From contig CAYXVZ010000023.1 of NCBI GenBank assembly GCA_964468345.1, forward strand, positions 4,147-68,146: 64,000 bases of DNA, read 5' to 3'. The translations under genes were made by a program, and so were the position numbers. The notes under the pieces were generated by a model. The model was given only the letters and a program-made list of their open reading frames with translations, did no database searches and was not told the DNA's origin. The stretch is from an uncultured Heliobacteriaceae bacterium. GTDB taxonomy: Bacteria > Acidobacteriota > Blastocatellia > RBC074. Every line of letters starts with the position of its first letter. Position 1 is the stretch's first letter. Positions 10,914 through 21,118 of this stretch are shown piece after piece.

Positions 10914-11282
10914 TCAGTGTAGTAAGCATGCCGCGTGTCCAACGACCTTGTCCCCGGTGTTCAATCGACTCGGCGTCGGATGCCAACCTTCGGCAATCCG
11001 AACCTTCAGCAATTCGTCCGGACCTGGTCGGTGATCCCATACGGCGACCGCCGTAACTCCGCCAAGTCAGGTCGAGCCGAAGACCAGAACGAACTGGTCC
11101 CGAAAAGTTGCAATGACATCGTGCGTATATTCGTCGTGCGCGATAGTATCAACCAATAGAACGGGCGGCGTTTGAAAACGTCCCCATTCGATGACTTGTT
11201 GTAGAGTGTTGAAACCGGGTAGTTCGCGTTCCAGCGCGGCGTGGTTTTCGGGTGATAAGTTTGCACGATTAGCCAATTGCAC
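10914..11282 (-). CDS. Candidate selenoprotein (122 aa, in-frame TGA at codon 72)
   Basis: GTG 11282, ...VLVFGST-TGA(11069-11067)-LGGVTAVAVWDHRP...HAACLLH, TGA 10914; SECIS-like hairpin directly after the internal TGA. Confidence 0.7.
11021..11069 (-). promoter_or_regulatory. Bacterial SECIS-like stem-loop
   Basis: UACGGC-GGUC-GCCGUA (11055-11040), loop at +18..+21 after UGA; lower stem GACUUGG/CCAGGUC. Confidence 0.65.
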
Positions 11283-11346
11283 GATACTTAGTGTACCAAA
11301 CACTTTGCCCCGCGGAAATAGTTTGCTTGACCTGGAAGGATGAAAA

Positions 11347-13443
11347 TTGAGGAATTTTCTTCGTACGAAAATCTGGATTTTTCTAATCGCGGGGATGATC
11401 GGAGTGCTGATTGTCGTCGGATTGCTGTTCTGGTGGCGCGGCCGGCCTCCCAGGCCGTACGTTTCGGTCGTCACGGTGGCCGGCACGGGACTGCGGATTG
11501 AAAAAGGGGGGATTCCCGATTATTTCGGCGTGGCGGTCGATGCCGACCATCAAATTTATTATAGCGATGGATCGCGCGGAGCCCTGTGGAATCGGGACGA
11601 AAAGGGCAATCAGCGAATCGTGACGGACGGGCTGGACATGCCGTCGGGCATTGCGATGGCGCCGGACGGGTCGCTGGTGGTGGCCAACACGGGCGACCAT
11701 CGGATCGTGCGGGTGAATCCCGCCACGGGGCAGATTTCACCGGTCGCAGGCGTTGCGGGCAGCAGCGGCGAGGCGGATGGGCCCGCGGGACAGGCCACGT
11801 TCAACGGGCCGATCGGCGTCGCGGTCGGAAAGGACGGCGCGATTTATGTGGCGGACACCTATAACGACCGGATTCGCGAAATCAGCCCGAGCGGGAAGGT
11901 GCGCACGATTGCCGGGGGCCTGCAGGGCTTTCAGGACGGCGCCGGCGCTTCGGCCCGCTTTGACACGCCCTGCGGAATCACGGTCGATATAGATGGTTCC
12001 CTGCTGGTTGCGGACACGGCCAATCATCGGATTCGCCGCGTCACCACGGACGGGCAGGTCAGCACGCTGGCAGGCACGGGCGAACGCGGCCGGCGGGACG
12101 GATCGCTTCCGGATGTGGGGTTTGACGAGCCCATCGCGATCGCGGTCCGGCGCGACGGGCAGGTATTCATCGCGGATGCGGGCAGTTCGGCCTTTCGGAT
12201 GATCAATCGCGATCCGAAATCGACGCCGCAGCCGGTTCTGACGACGCTGGCGGGCGATTACGGATTCGGCCTGGAAGACGCCGAGCTGGCCAAAGCCCGA
12301 TTTCACCGTCCGTCGGGAATCGCCTTTGGCGCGGACGACGCCCTGATTTTCGCGGACAACGGCAATGGCCTCATTCGCGCCCTGCGCTCGCAGGATTTGG
12401 ACATCGGACGCATTGCGGGCCCCGGCGAAGCCATTGTCGCGGCGCAGGAGGTGCGGCAGGCCATCCCGCCTCGATGGCCGTTCGATCCACCAGAGGCCAA
12501 ACGCGATGTCGCGGGAACCTTCGGAGAAATCCGCGGTGAAATGCTGCCCGAGCATGATTCGTGGTTTCACAATGGACTGGATATTGCGGGCGCGTATGGC
12601 GAGGTGGCGCGGGCGATTTATGGCGAGCGGGTCACGCGTCCGCTGGCAGTCGAGGGCGCGGGAACGGGCCGGGAGAGATTGCGGCTGCCGCTGGTGGGGT
12701 ACATACACGTCTCGATCGGGCGCGACCGGAACGATCAACCGATCGGCAATCTCCCCGCGGGAGCGATCACGTTTCGGCGCGATGAAACCGGCGCCATCAT
12801 TGGCGTCCGCGTGCGGCGGGGCACGCGCTTCAATCCCGGCGATCCGATCGGGACATTAAATCGGTTGAACCACGTGCATCTCATCGCGGGTCCGGCCGGC
12901 AGCGAAATCAATGCCCTGGCGGCGCTCGGCTTTCCGGGCCTGATCGACACCATCGCGCCGGTGATTGAGGGTGTTCTGCTCACAAAGGAGCAAAACGAAA
13001 TTCTTTTTGACTCCGCCGCGAAAAAAGCGCCTGTCCCCGCAATCACGGGAAAGATCCGCATCTTCGTCCGCGCCTTCGATCAGGCGGACGGCAATCCGAA
13101 ATACCGCCGACTTGGGGCCTACAAACTAGGCTATGAAGTGCTGGCGCAAAACGGCTCGCCCGTCGTGCCGGTGCGCGAAACGCTGTCCTTCGATCGCCTT
13201 CCTTCTGATCCGGGCGCAGTCGCAATGATCTATGCCGGCGGCAGCCAATCCGGCTATGAAGGCGTGACGGTATTTAATTACGTGGTCACGAATACGCTGC
13301 GGGATGGCAAGGCAAGCGAGGGGTTCCTGGATTTCTCGAGCCTGCCGCCGGGAAACTATATTGTGCGCGTGTTTGCGGATGATTATTTCGGCAATCGAAC
13401 CTGGCGGGAAATCCCGGTACGTGTGCCGCCTGTGAATGGATAA
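11347..13443 (+). CDS. Membrane-anchored NHL-repeat protein with M23-like peptidase region
   Basis: N-terminal TM; about 6 NHL repeats (P.GIAV..DG.IYVADT.N.RIR); HNGLD and HVH motifs; TTG start after GGAAGGA. Confidence 0.75.
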   Translation: MRNFLRTKIWIFLIAGMIGVLIVVGLLFWWRGRPPRPYVSVVTVAGTGLRIEKGGIPDYFGVAVDADHQIYYSDGSRGALWNRDEKGNQRIVTDGLDMPSGIAMAPDGSLVVANTGDHRIVRVNPATGQISPVAGVAGSSGEADGPAGQATFNGPIGVAVGKDGAIYVADTYNDRIREISPSGKVRTIAGGLQGFQDGAGASARFDTPCGITVDIDGSLLVADTANHRIRRVTTDGQVSTLAGTGERGRRDGSLPDVGFDEPIAIAVRRDGQVFIADAGSSAFRMINRDPKSTPQPVLTTLAGDYGFGLEDAELAKARFHRPSGIAFGADDALIFADNGNGLIRALRSQDLDIGRIAGPGEAIVAAQEVRQAIPPRWPFDPPEAKRDVAGTFGEIRGEMLPEHDSWFHNGLDIAGAYGEVARAIYGERVTRPLAVEGAGTGRERLRLPLVGYIHVSIGRDRNDQPIGNLPAGAITFRRDETGAIIGVRVRRGTRFNPGDPIGTLNRLNHVHLIAGPAGSEINALAALGFPGLIDTIAPVIEGVLLTKEQNEILFDSAAKKAPVPAITGKIRIFVRAFDQADGNPKYRRLGAYKLGYEVLAQNGSPVVPVRETLSFDRLPSDPGAVAMIYAGGSQSGYEGVTVFNYVVTNTLRDGKASEGFLDFSSLPPGNYIVRVFADDYFGNRTWREIPVRVPPVNG

Positions 13444-13450
13444 CTCCCGA

Positions 13451-13555
13451 AACGAAAGAAAGAGAGTACGAAAAAAACGAACATAAGGATACGGACGAAT
13501 GCCATGTGAACTTTCGTCTGTTTCGTTATGTTCGTTTGTTTCGTGCTCTCTCTTC
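13451..13555. repeat. Palindromic element (acgaa variant)
   Basis: Core arms 13468-13486/13526-13544, 18/19 complementary. Confidence 0.65.
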
Positions 13556-13616
13556 AGTTCTTTGGCTGCGGCTTCGCCGCGCTGCGCGAACAGAGGTTTT
13601 CATCTGGATTGAAGCC

Positions 13617-16250
13617 ATGAAGCATTTACTTCTAGTCTCATTTTTGATTGCATTGCCTATGCTGACGAATGCACAAACAACAACGGACCAACTCGCCGTC
13701 GAAGGAGTCTCGCGGGAGCTGGCGCAGCAGCGGGCGCGAGTGATTTCGGACGTCCGCTATGAAATTCATCTGCAGTTCGAAGCAAACGCCCCACGGATAA
13801 AGGGCCGGGAGAAAATCACGCTCAATCTCGCGAATGCCGTGGAGGACTTGATCCTGGATTTTCGCGACCTCGATCCGGCCGGGAAAATCATCGAGGGCAC
13901 GATCGGCAACGTGAAGGTGAATTCGCAGTCAGCCGAAGGCTTAAGACAGGCAAACGGACATCTCATTTTCCCCGCAAAGCTTTTGAAGCCGGGCGAGAAC
14001 ACCATCACGCTCGATTTCGAAACCGGCGCCGCCCCCGCCAATCGTCCGTTGATTCGGTATAAAGATGCCGATGACGGCAGTGAATATCTGTACACGCTCT
14101 TTGTCCCGATGGACGCCAGCCTGGCCTTTCCCTGCTTCGATCAGCCGGATCTGAAAGCGCGCTTCAGCTTCAGCGCGACAAAGCCGGAAAGCTGGATCGT
14201 GATTGCAAACACGGAAACGAAAAGCGTTTCGCCTGCCCGCGTGGAATTCGCCGAGACGCATCCCATCAGCACCTACTTGTTCGCCTTCGCCGCCGGGCCG
14301 TTTCAAAAGCTGGAGGGCGAAACGGCGCCGCTGCCGATCAGCTTGTATGTTCGTCAATCGAAACTGGCCCGCGCGAAGGAAGAGTGGCCCGAGACCTTGA
14401 AGCTGACCAGCGACGGGATGAAGCATTTCGTATCCTATTTCGACCGCCCGTTTCCATTCACAAAATACGATCAGGTGCTGATCCCGGGGTTTGCCTACGG
14501 CGGAATGGAGCATGCGGGCGCAACCTTTCTGCGCGAAGATTCGATTCTCTTTCGCACCGTGCCGACGCGAAACGACAAGCTGGGACGGGCTTCGCTGGTG
14601 TTGCATGAACTGGCGCACCAGTGGTTCGGCGATCTGGTCACGATGAAATGGTTCGACGATCTGTGGCTCAAGGAAGGCTTCGCGAATTACATGGCCTATC
14701 ACGCGCTGGCCGCGATCTATCCGCCGGATGAAATGTGGAAGCGGTTTTATCAATCGCACAAACCGCTCGCCTATCAGATCGATTCGACCAAGGGCACAAC
14801 GCCGATTTACCAGGAAGTCCGGAATCTGAAGGACGCGAAATCGGCGTATGGGGCGATCGTCTATCAAAAAGCGCCCAGTCTGCTGCACGCGATGTCATTT
14901 TTGATCGGGGAGGACAAATTCCGCGACGGCGTGCGCAGCTTCCTGCGCGAGCATGCCTATGCGAACGCCGAATGGAACGATCTGATTCGCGCTTTTGAAA
15001 AAGCATCGAATCAAAAGCTGGCGGTGTGGGCCAATGCCTGGGTGAAGCGCCGCGGCATGCCGCAGGTGGATGTGACGTGGAGTTGCGACGGCCAGGGCGC
15101 AATCGATCGATTCGAGCTGCGACAATCCGATGTGCAGGGCGAAGGCCGCGCGTGGCCGGTCAAAACGCGCGTGCTGCTGGCCTATGACGATGCGGAGCCG
15201 ATACGATTCACGGCGGAACTGAACGGCAGCAAAGTGCAGTTCCCCGAAGCGATCGGAAAGAAATGCCCGGCATATATATTTGCGAACGAGCGGGATTACG
15301 GCTATGGCAGATTCATGCTCGACGCGCGCAGCCGCGAAGCCCTCACGACGCGCATCGGAGCCGTCAAGAATCCGTTTCTGCGCGCGATGCTTTGGGGCGC
15401 GCTCTGGGACGCGGTCCGCGAAGCGGAAATGAAACCGATGGCGTATCTGGACCTGGCGGCGCAATCGCTGCCGGACGAAATGGATGAAGAGCTGGTGCAA
15501 AGCCTGCTGACCCGCTCTGCGATGGCGTTTCAACGTTATCTGACTTCCGCGCAGCAGAAAGAGGTCGCGCCGCGCTGGGAGGCGCTGCTGTTTGACCGCA
15601 TGATGAATGCGACGGAGTTGGGCGCGCGCATCACCTATTTTCGCGCTTATCGGTCGCTGGCTTCGACGGCGGAGGCGCGCGGCCACCTGAAAGAAATTCT
15701 CGACGGCACGCGCAAGGTGCCGGGCATCGAGATCAAACCGCTCGACCGCTGGCAGATTCTGACGCGCCTGCTGGTTGCCGGCGATCCCGAAGCCCTGTCG
15801 CGCCTCGACGCCGAACGCAAGCGCGACCCGAGCGATGACGGCCGCAAACAGGCCTATATCGCCGAAGCGGCGCGCGCGGAAGCCGCCGTCAAGAAACGAT
15901 ATTTCGACGATTATCTCGGCCGCAGCGCGGAAGGGCGCGCCGTTCCCGAGGACTGGATCGAAGGCAGCCTCGGCTCTTTCAACGCCTGGAATCAATCGGA
16001 ACTGACGCTTCCCTATCTCCAACCGGCGCTCGATGCCCTGCCGCAGGTCAAACGCGAACGTAAAATCTTCTTCGTCCTCGCGTGGCTCAATGCCTTCATC
16101 GGGGGGCAACGCAGCGCCGATGCGCTCGGCCAGGTGCAGGAGTTTTTGCGAACCAGCAAACTCGACCGCGATCTGGAATTGAAGGTGCTGGAAGTGATGG
16201 ATGAGCTTGAACGGACTGTGCGCATCCGAGCTAAAGCGGTTGCGCCCTGA
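13617..16250 (+). CDS. M1 family aminopeptidase (PepN-like, ERAP1-like C-terminus)
   Basis: FPCFDQPDLKA, GGMEH, HELAHQWFGDLVT..W..LWLKEGFA, VYQKA; signal peptide. Confidence 0.92.
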   Translation: MKHLLLVSFLIALPMLTNAQTTTDQLAVEGVSRELAQQRARVISDVRYEIHLQFEANAPRIKGREKITLNLANAVEDLILDFRDLDPAGKIIEGTIGNVKVNSQSAEGLRQANGHLIFPAKLLKPGENTITLDFETGAAPANRPLIRYKDADDGSEYLYTLFVPMDASLAFPCFDQPDLKARFSFSATKPESWIVIANTETKSVSPARVEFAETHPISTYLFAFAAGPFQKLEGETAPLPISLYVRQSKLARAKEEWPETLKLTSDGMKHFVSYFDRPFPFTKYDQVLIPGFAYGGMEHAGATFLREDSILFRTVPTRNDKLGRASLVLHELAHQWFGDLVTMKWFDDLWLKEGFANYMAYHALAAIYPPDEMWKRFYQSHKPLAYQIDSTKGTTPIYQEVRNLKDAKSAYGAIVYQKAPSLLHAMSFLIGEDKFRDGVRSFLREHAYANAEWNDLIRAFEKASNQKLAVWANAWVKRRGMPQVDVTWSCDGQGAIDRFELRQSDVQGEGRAWPVKTRVLLAYDDAEPIRFTAELNGSKVQFPEAIGKKCPAYIFANERDYGYGRFMLDARSREALTTRIGAVKNPFLRAMLWGALWDAVREAEMKPMAYLDLAAQSLPDEMDEELVQSLLTRSAMAFQRYLTSAQQKEVAPRWEALLFDRMMNATELGARITYFRAYRSLASTAEARGHLKEILDGTRKVPGIEIKPLDRWQILTRLLVAGDPEALSRLDAERKRDPSDDGRKQAYIAEAARAEAAVKKRYFDDYLGRSAEGRAVPEDWIEGSLGSFNAWNQSELTLPYLQPALDALPQVKRERKIFFVLAWLNAFIGGQRSADALGQVQEFLRTSKLDRDLELKVLEVMDELERTVRIRAKAVAP

Positions 16251-16251
16251 T

Positions 16252-16325
16252 CAACGAAGAACACGAAGATCAGATCGAACAGATACCGCCTGCGTCTTTC
16301 TTCGTGCTCTTCGTATCTTCGTGGT
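16252..16325. repeat. Palindromic element (cacgaag family)
   Basis: caacgaagaacacgaaga / tcttcgtgctcttcgtatcttcgtggt. Confidence 0.7.
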
Positions 16326-16377
16326 AAAAACTTTGTCCCAAAGTTGTTTGTACTGATTGAGAAAAGATCCGCTTTCC

Positions 16378-16923
16378 ATGACCGAACTCAACAATGAACT
16401 GACGCTTTCGTTTCGTCCCGCCTCGGACGAGGATGCCGCTGTTGTCACACGGCTGATCAATGGCGCTTATCGAGGGGAATCAAGCAAGGCCGGCTGGACC
16501 ACCGAGGCCGACCTGATCGTCGGCGACCGCATACAGATTGACGGCTTGCGCGAGCTGATTGCGCAGCCCCATTCCGTAATCCTGCTTTGCGAATGGAATC
16601 GGGAAATCATTGGCTGCGTGCATTTGAAAAAAACGGAGGAAGACGCCGCGTACCTCGGTTTGTTCGTGATTCAGCCGACCCAGCAGGGCCAGGGAGCCGG
16701 CAAAATCTTTCTGCGGCGCGCCGAACAATATGCGCGCGATACATGGGACGTGAAGAAAATCTGGATGACGGTGATCGTCCTGCGCGAGGAATTGATTGCT
16801 TATTACGAGCGCCGCGGCTATCGACGGACCGGGGCAACCATTCCTTTTCCGACCGACGCGGGCACAAGCGTTCCCTTGATTGACAACCTGCAACTCGAAG
16901 TGATGGAAAAAGCGCTGGAATAG
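16378..16923 (+). CDS. GNAT family N-acetyltransferase
   Basis: AYRGESSKAGWTTEA, LGLFVIQPTQQGQGAGK, LIAYYERRGY. Confidence 0.88.
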   Translation: MTELNNELTLSFRPASDEDAAVVTRLINGAYRGESSKAGWTTEADLIVGDRIQIDGLRELIAQPHSVILLCEWNREIIGCVHLKKTEEDAAYLGLFVIQPTQQGQGAGKIFLRRAEQYARDTWDVKKIWMTVIVLREELIAYYERRGYRRTGATIPFPTDAGTSVPLIDNLQLEVMEKALE

Positions 16924-16927
16924 CGAT

Positions 16928-17689
16928 TCACACGTCGTAATCGATCACGACCGGCGCGTGATCGGAGAAGAATTGCTCCGTATAAATTCGCGGCGAATGC
17001 GCGGCCGCATTCAGGCCCGGCGTCGTGAAATGATAATCCAGCCGCCATCCGACGTTGTTTTCGCGCGCCCGGCCGCGATTGGACCACCAGGAATAATGCA
17101 CGGCCTCGGGCCCCACCAGATGCCGAAAGGTATCGTGATAGCCGGTCTCTAAAAAGGTCGTCAGCCAGGCGCGCTCTTCGGGCAGAAAGCCGCTGTTTTT
17201 CTGATTGCTGCGCCAGTTTTTCAAGTCGATCTGCTGGTGCGCGACGTTGAAATCGCCGCAGAAAATCAGATCTCGCTTCGATTTTCGAAGCTTGCGGCAA
17301 TGGGCCAGAAACTGATCCATGAAATCGAGCTTGATCTTCAATCGTTCTTCGCTGCTCGTGCCGGAAGGAATATAGGTCGAGATTACGCTGACATCCTTGA
17401 AATCGGCCTGCAGCACGCGCCCTTCGTGATCGTAACAACACTCGATGCCGCGCGTGACGCGTTTGGGTTTCGTTTTCGAAAGAATCGCGACGCCGCTGTA
17501 ACCGGGCTTTTCCGCCGGGTACCATTCCGCGTGATAACCGAGCGTCGCCCACTCCGCGGGCACCTGCGCGGGCAGGGCGCGGACCTCCTGCAAACAAATC
17601 ACATCCGCGCCGCTCTCCGCCAGATAAGGCACCACGCCCCGTGTCGTCGCCGATCGAATGCCATTCACATTCAAGGTAAGTATTCGCAT
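16928..17689 (-). CDS. xth: Exodeoxyribonuclease III
   Basis: LNVNGIRS, CLQE, GYSGVA, CGDFNVAH, GWRLDY, SDHAPV. Confidence 0.95.
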   Translation of the reverse strand: MRILTLNVNGIRSATTRGVVPYLAESGADVICLQEVRALPAQVPAEWATLGYHAEWYPAEKPGYSGVAILSKTKPKRVTRGIECCYDHEGRVLQADFKDVSVISTYIPSGTSSEERLKIKLDFMDQFLAHCRKLRKSKRDLIFCGDFNVAHQQIDLKNWRSNQKNSGFLPEERAWLTTFLETGYHDTFRHLVGPEAVHYSWWSNRGRARENNVGWRLDYHFTTPGLNAAAHSPRIYTEQFFSDHAPVVIDYDV

Positions 17690-17716
17690 TGGATTTTTTA
17701 TCTGTGAAATCGCTCA

Positions 17717-17786
17717 ACAGAAAAATTGCGGTCAGAAAGATTTTTCCTCCACTTAAGAATAATTTTTCTGACCGCAATTTTTCTGT
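17717..17786. repeat. Palindromic element (acagaaaaat family)
   Basis: Arms 17717-17742/17761-17786, 25/26 complementary. Confidence 0.85.
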
Positions 17787-17803
17787 ATGCTGCCTATAAA
17801 CGA

Positions 17804-20800
17804 TTACATCCTGATCGGAGGCAGATTGGCCTTCGTCAACTGCTCATTGAAGGCCTTCAGATCCGTGCTCTTCATCTCATTCCATTTCGCCAGCAAATCC
17901 TCCAACGCGCGGCGTTGATCGCCGACCGCTTTCAAGGCCTGTGTCGTCGGCGTGGCGTCAGCGCCTTCGATCAGGTTCATCAGCGAAAGGAATCCATTGC
18001 CGATGCCGGCGAGGCCCGGTTCGCGATTGCTGATGCCGAAAAAGTCCAGGCCCGCCGTGCTGCCGACGAGGCTCGCCAGCTTTTTATCCAGCGCAGCGGC
18101 CGCCGCGGCAACCGTCGTGTTGCCGGCCAAGGGTTTCAACTGCTCGCGAACCTTCTCCACATCGGCCTGCGCGGCGCGCACGCCGGCAATCCCGTTGTAA
18201 CACTGCATCGAAGCCTCGAACATTTTCGCCAGGCCCGCCGCCGGCGTCGTCACGCGCGGATCCATGCGCAGCGTCAGCGGTTGCGTGTAGCTTTTTCCAT
18301 CCACGGTCAGCTTCACCGTGTACTCGCCCGGCGCGGCCGTCGGCCCATCGGGCACGGTCGGCGTGTCGCGAAGGATGGCTTGCATGCCGTAGGAGCGCGG
18401 GAAGCCCGCGGGCGGCGCGTAATGCAGATCCCAGGCCCAGCGCTGCATGCCGGCTTTATTCGATACCGTTCGCCAGGGCCGCGCCCAATAGGTCGGATGC
18501 GGCAGCCGCTTTTCATCGACCTTTTCGGGCGGATCGGAGCTGGAATAGCGGCGCACAAGGTTGCCCCCGCGATCCTGAATCTCGATCGAGACTTCCTTCG
18601 CATCCGCCTTCAGCCAGTAATTCAGAATCGCGCCGTCGGGCGGGTTCTGTCCCATCGGCTCTTCGGGCGGGATCGGCGTATCGGTATTCAAACTGCGGCG
18701 GACGCGCGTGGCCAGTTGCGGTTTGAACAGATGGGCATCGGATTTCGCGACCTGCTCATTCAATTGCCGCAACGGCGTGATGTCATCCAGAATCCAGAAA
18801 CTGCGGCCGTGCGTGCCGACCACGATATCGTCATCCTTGATGACCAGATCGCGAATCGAACTCGGCGCCAGATTCGATCGCAGCGATTGCCAGTTCTCGC
18901 CGTCATCGAAACTCACAAACACGGTCTGTTCCGTGCCAGCAAAGAGCAGCCCCTTTCGCTGCGGATCTTCGCGAACGACATTGACGATCGTGCCGTTCGG
19001 AATGCCGTTGACGATTCGCTTCCATGTTTTGCCGCCATCGCGCGTGCGATAGATATGCGGCCGCAGATCGTCGAGGCGCAGCGTGTTAATGGCCGCGTAC
19101 GCCGTGTCGTCGTCGAAATGCCCCGCGTCCATCAGCGAGACTTTCATCCATGACTTCAGATCGGGCGGCGTGACATTCGACCAGTTTTCGCCGCCGTCCC
19201 GCGTCAAATGAATCAACCCGTCATCGGTCCCGGCCCAGATCGTGTTGAGCTGCTTGTGCGAGGGCGCGACCGTATAGATCACGCCGCGCCGCGGCATCGT
19301 CGCCATCTCGGGCTTGCGGTATTTGCCGATGCTCTCGGGCACATCGTATCTCTCGCGGCTCAGATCGGGGCTGATCTGCTCCCAGGAGTTTCCGCCGTCG
19401 AGCGTCTTCCACAAAACATTGGTCGCGAAATAGAGCGTCTTTTGATCGACCGGCGAAAAGATCACCGGCATCGTGCGCAGCGTGCGAAACTTGCCGCTGC
19501 GCAGCGCTTCAGGCGCGATGTTCTGCACCTGCCCGGTCTTCCAATCAAAGCGCGTGACACGGCCGCCATACGTGATATCGGGATTGAGCGGATCGGGCGC
19601 GACATAGCCATACTCATCGACGCCGACCGTGCGCCAGTCGCGCCAGGTGATCGCGCCGTAATCGCCGCGGCTTGCGACCGCGACCGAGCCGCTTTCCTGT
19701 TGCCCGCTATAGACCCAGTACGGCCAACGATTGTCCGTGATGACGTGATAGAGCTGCGCCGTCGGCTGGTTGTACCAACTGCTCCAGGTTTCGCCGCCGT
19801 TGACCGTGATCGTCGCGCCCTGGTCCGTCGCAAAGATCATCACATCCGGATAGAGCGGATTGATCCAGATGCGATGATAATCATCGCCGCCCGGCGCGCC
19901 CTTCAGGCTCGTCCACGTTTTGCCGCCATCGGTCGATTTATAAGACGCCGTGTTGCCGACAAAGAGAATGTCCGGATTTTTCGGATGAATGCGAATCTCG
20001 GCGAAATCCGATCCGCGGCCCCAGGTGCGCGCTTCGTTGCTGACCTTCTGCCACGACTGGCCGCCGTCTTTCGAGGTATAGATGCCGCCGAATTCCGGAT
20101 TCGCATCCACGGTTGCAAAGAGAATGTCGGGGTTGCTGCGCGAGATATCGAAGCCGATGCGGCCCAGGCCCTGTTCGAAGGTCGGCAGGCCCCTCGTCAA
20201 CGGCTTCCACGTCGTTCCGCCGTCGGTGGATTTATACAGCCCGCTGCCCGGCCCCTCCCAGGAAGCGTTTTCCCAGGGACCGTGGCGGACTTCGTATAAA
20301 TCGGCATACACGATCTGCGAATTCGTCGGATCGAACTGCACCTGAATCGCGCCGGTGTTCTCGTCTTTATACAAGACCTTCTGCCATGTCTCGCCGCCAT
20401 CGAGCGAACGAAAGACGCCGCGCTCCGCATTCGGGCCAAAGGGATGGCCGCAGACGGCAACGAAGACGCGCTTCGGATCTTTGGGATCCACGATCACCGA
20501 ACCGATCTGCTGCCCGTCGCCGAGGCCCATCTTGCGCCACGTCTTTCCGCCATCGGTCGATTTATAGACGCCGTCGCCGACCGACAGATCGGGCCGCAGG
20601 GGCAGGCCCTCGCCGCTGCCGACATAGATCACATTCGGATCCGATTCCGCCACCGCCAGATCGCCGATCGAGCCCGTCGGCTGCTCATCGAAAATCGGCT
20701 TCCAGGTGCGGCCGGCATCGGTCGTCTTCCAGACGCCGCCGTTATTGACGCCGATGAAAAACACGTTCGGCTGATTCGGAATGCCGACCGCGCCCACGGT

Positions 20801-20941
20801 GCGCCCCGCGCGAAACGGCCCGATACAGCGCCATTTCAAGGATTGGTATAGATTCTGGCCATATTGCTGCGCTGCACTGTCGAAGGAAAGCAGCAAGGCA
20901 GCGGCAAACACGAAAAGAATAAGACGGCAATATCGAATCAC
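17804..20941 (-). CDS. Secreted BNR/VPS10-repeat glycosyl hydrolase-like protein
   Basis: LKWRCIGPFRAGR; many S.DGG.TW Asp-box repeats; GTG 20941 after GGAGGT; signal peptide. Confidence 0.85.
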   Translation of the reverse strand: MIRYCRLILFVFAAALLLSFDSAAQQYGQNLYQSLKWRCIGPFRAGRTVGAVGIPNQPNVFFIGVNNGGVWKTTDAGRTWKPIFDEQPTGSIGDLAVAESDPNVIYVGSGEGLPLRPDLSVGDGVYKSTDGGKTWRKMGLGDGQQIGSVIVDPKDPKRVFVAVCGHPFGPNAERGVFRSLDGGETWQKVLYKDENTGAIQVQFDPTNSQIVYADLYEVRHGPWENASWEGPGSGLYKSTDGGTTWKPLTRGLPTFEQGLGRIGFDISRSNPDILFATVDANPEFGGIYTSKDGGQSWQKVSNEARTWGRGSDFAEIRIHPKNPDILFVGNTASYKSTDGGKTWTSLKGAPGGDDYHRIWINPLYPDVMIFATDQGATITVNGGETWSSWYNQPTAQLYHVITDNRWPYWVYSGQQESGSVAVASRGDYGAITWRDWRTVGVDEYGYVAPDPLNPDITYGGRVTRFDWKTGQVQNIAPEALRSGKFRTLRTMPVIFSPVDQKTLYFATNVLWKTLDGGNSWEQISPDLSRERYDVPESIGKYRKPEMATMPRRGVIYTVAPSHKQLNTIWAGTDDGLIHLTRDGGENWSNVTPPDLKSWMKVSLMDAGHFDDDTAYAAINTLRLDDLRPHIYRTRDGGKTWKRIVNGIPNGTIVNVVREDPQRKGLLFAGTEQTVFVSFDDGENWQSLRSNLAPSSIRDLVIKDDDIVVGTHGRSFWILDDITPLRQLNEQVAKSDAHLFKPQLATRVRRSLNTDTPIPPEEPMGQNPPDGAILNYWLKADAKEVSIEIQDRGGNLVRRYSSSDPPEKVDEKRLPHPTYWARPWRTVSNKAGMQRWAWDLHYAPPAGFPRSYGMQAILRDTPTVPDGPTAAPGEYTVKLTVDGKSYTQPLTLRMDPRVTTPAAGLAKMFEASMQCYNGIAGVRAAQADVEKVREQLKPLAGNTTVAAAAAALDKKLASLVGSTAGLDFFGISNREPGLAGIGNGFLSLMNLIEGADATPTTQALKAVGDQRRALEDLLAKWNEMKSTDLKAFNEQLTKANLPPIRM

Positions 20942-20983
20942 GGGCGACCTCCATCTAGCGATTGTGGACAGGCAAAAAGTTTG

Positions 20984-21118
20984 TTTCATCCACGAACTCA
21001 CACGAAGAGACACGAAGAAAGATTGCGTGAGCTGAGCATGGGAAAACATTTTGTCCCATTTCTGCAGCCCCGTGCTCGTCCCCTCTTCGTGTTCCTTCGT
21101 GTGACTTCGTGGATGAAA
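20984..21118. repeat. Palindromic element (cacgaag family)
   Basis: Arms 20984-21018/21084-21118 in a divergent intergenic region. Confidence 0.8.

Noticed and set aside
11006-11266. Alternative 86-aa minus ORF and 74-aa plus ORF (10935-11159)
   Set aside because: They overlap the read-through ORF in other frames, have no motifs or SD, and do not pack against neighbours as well.
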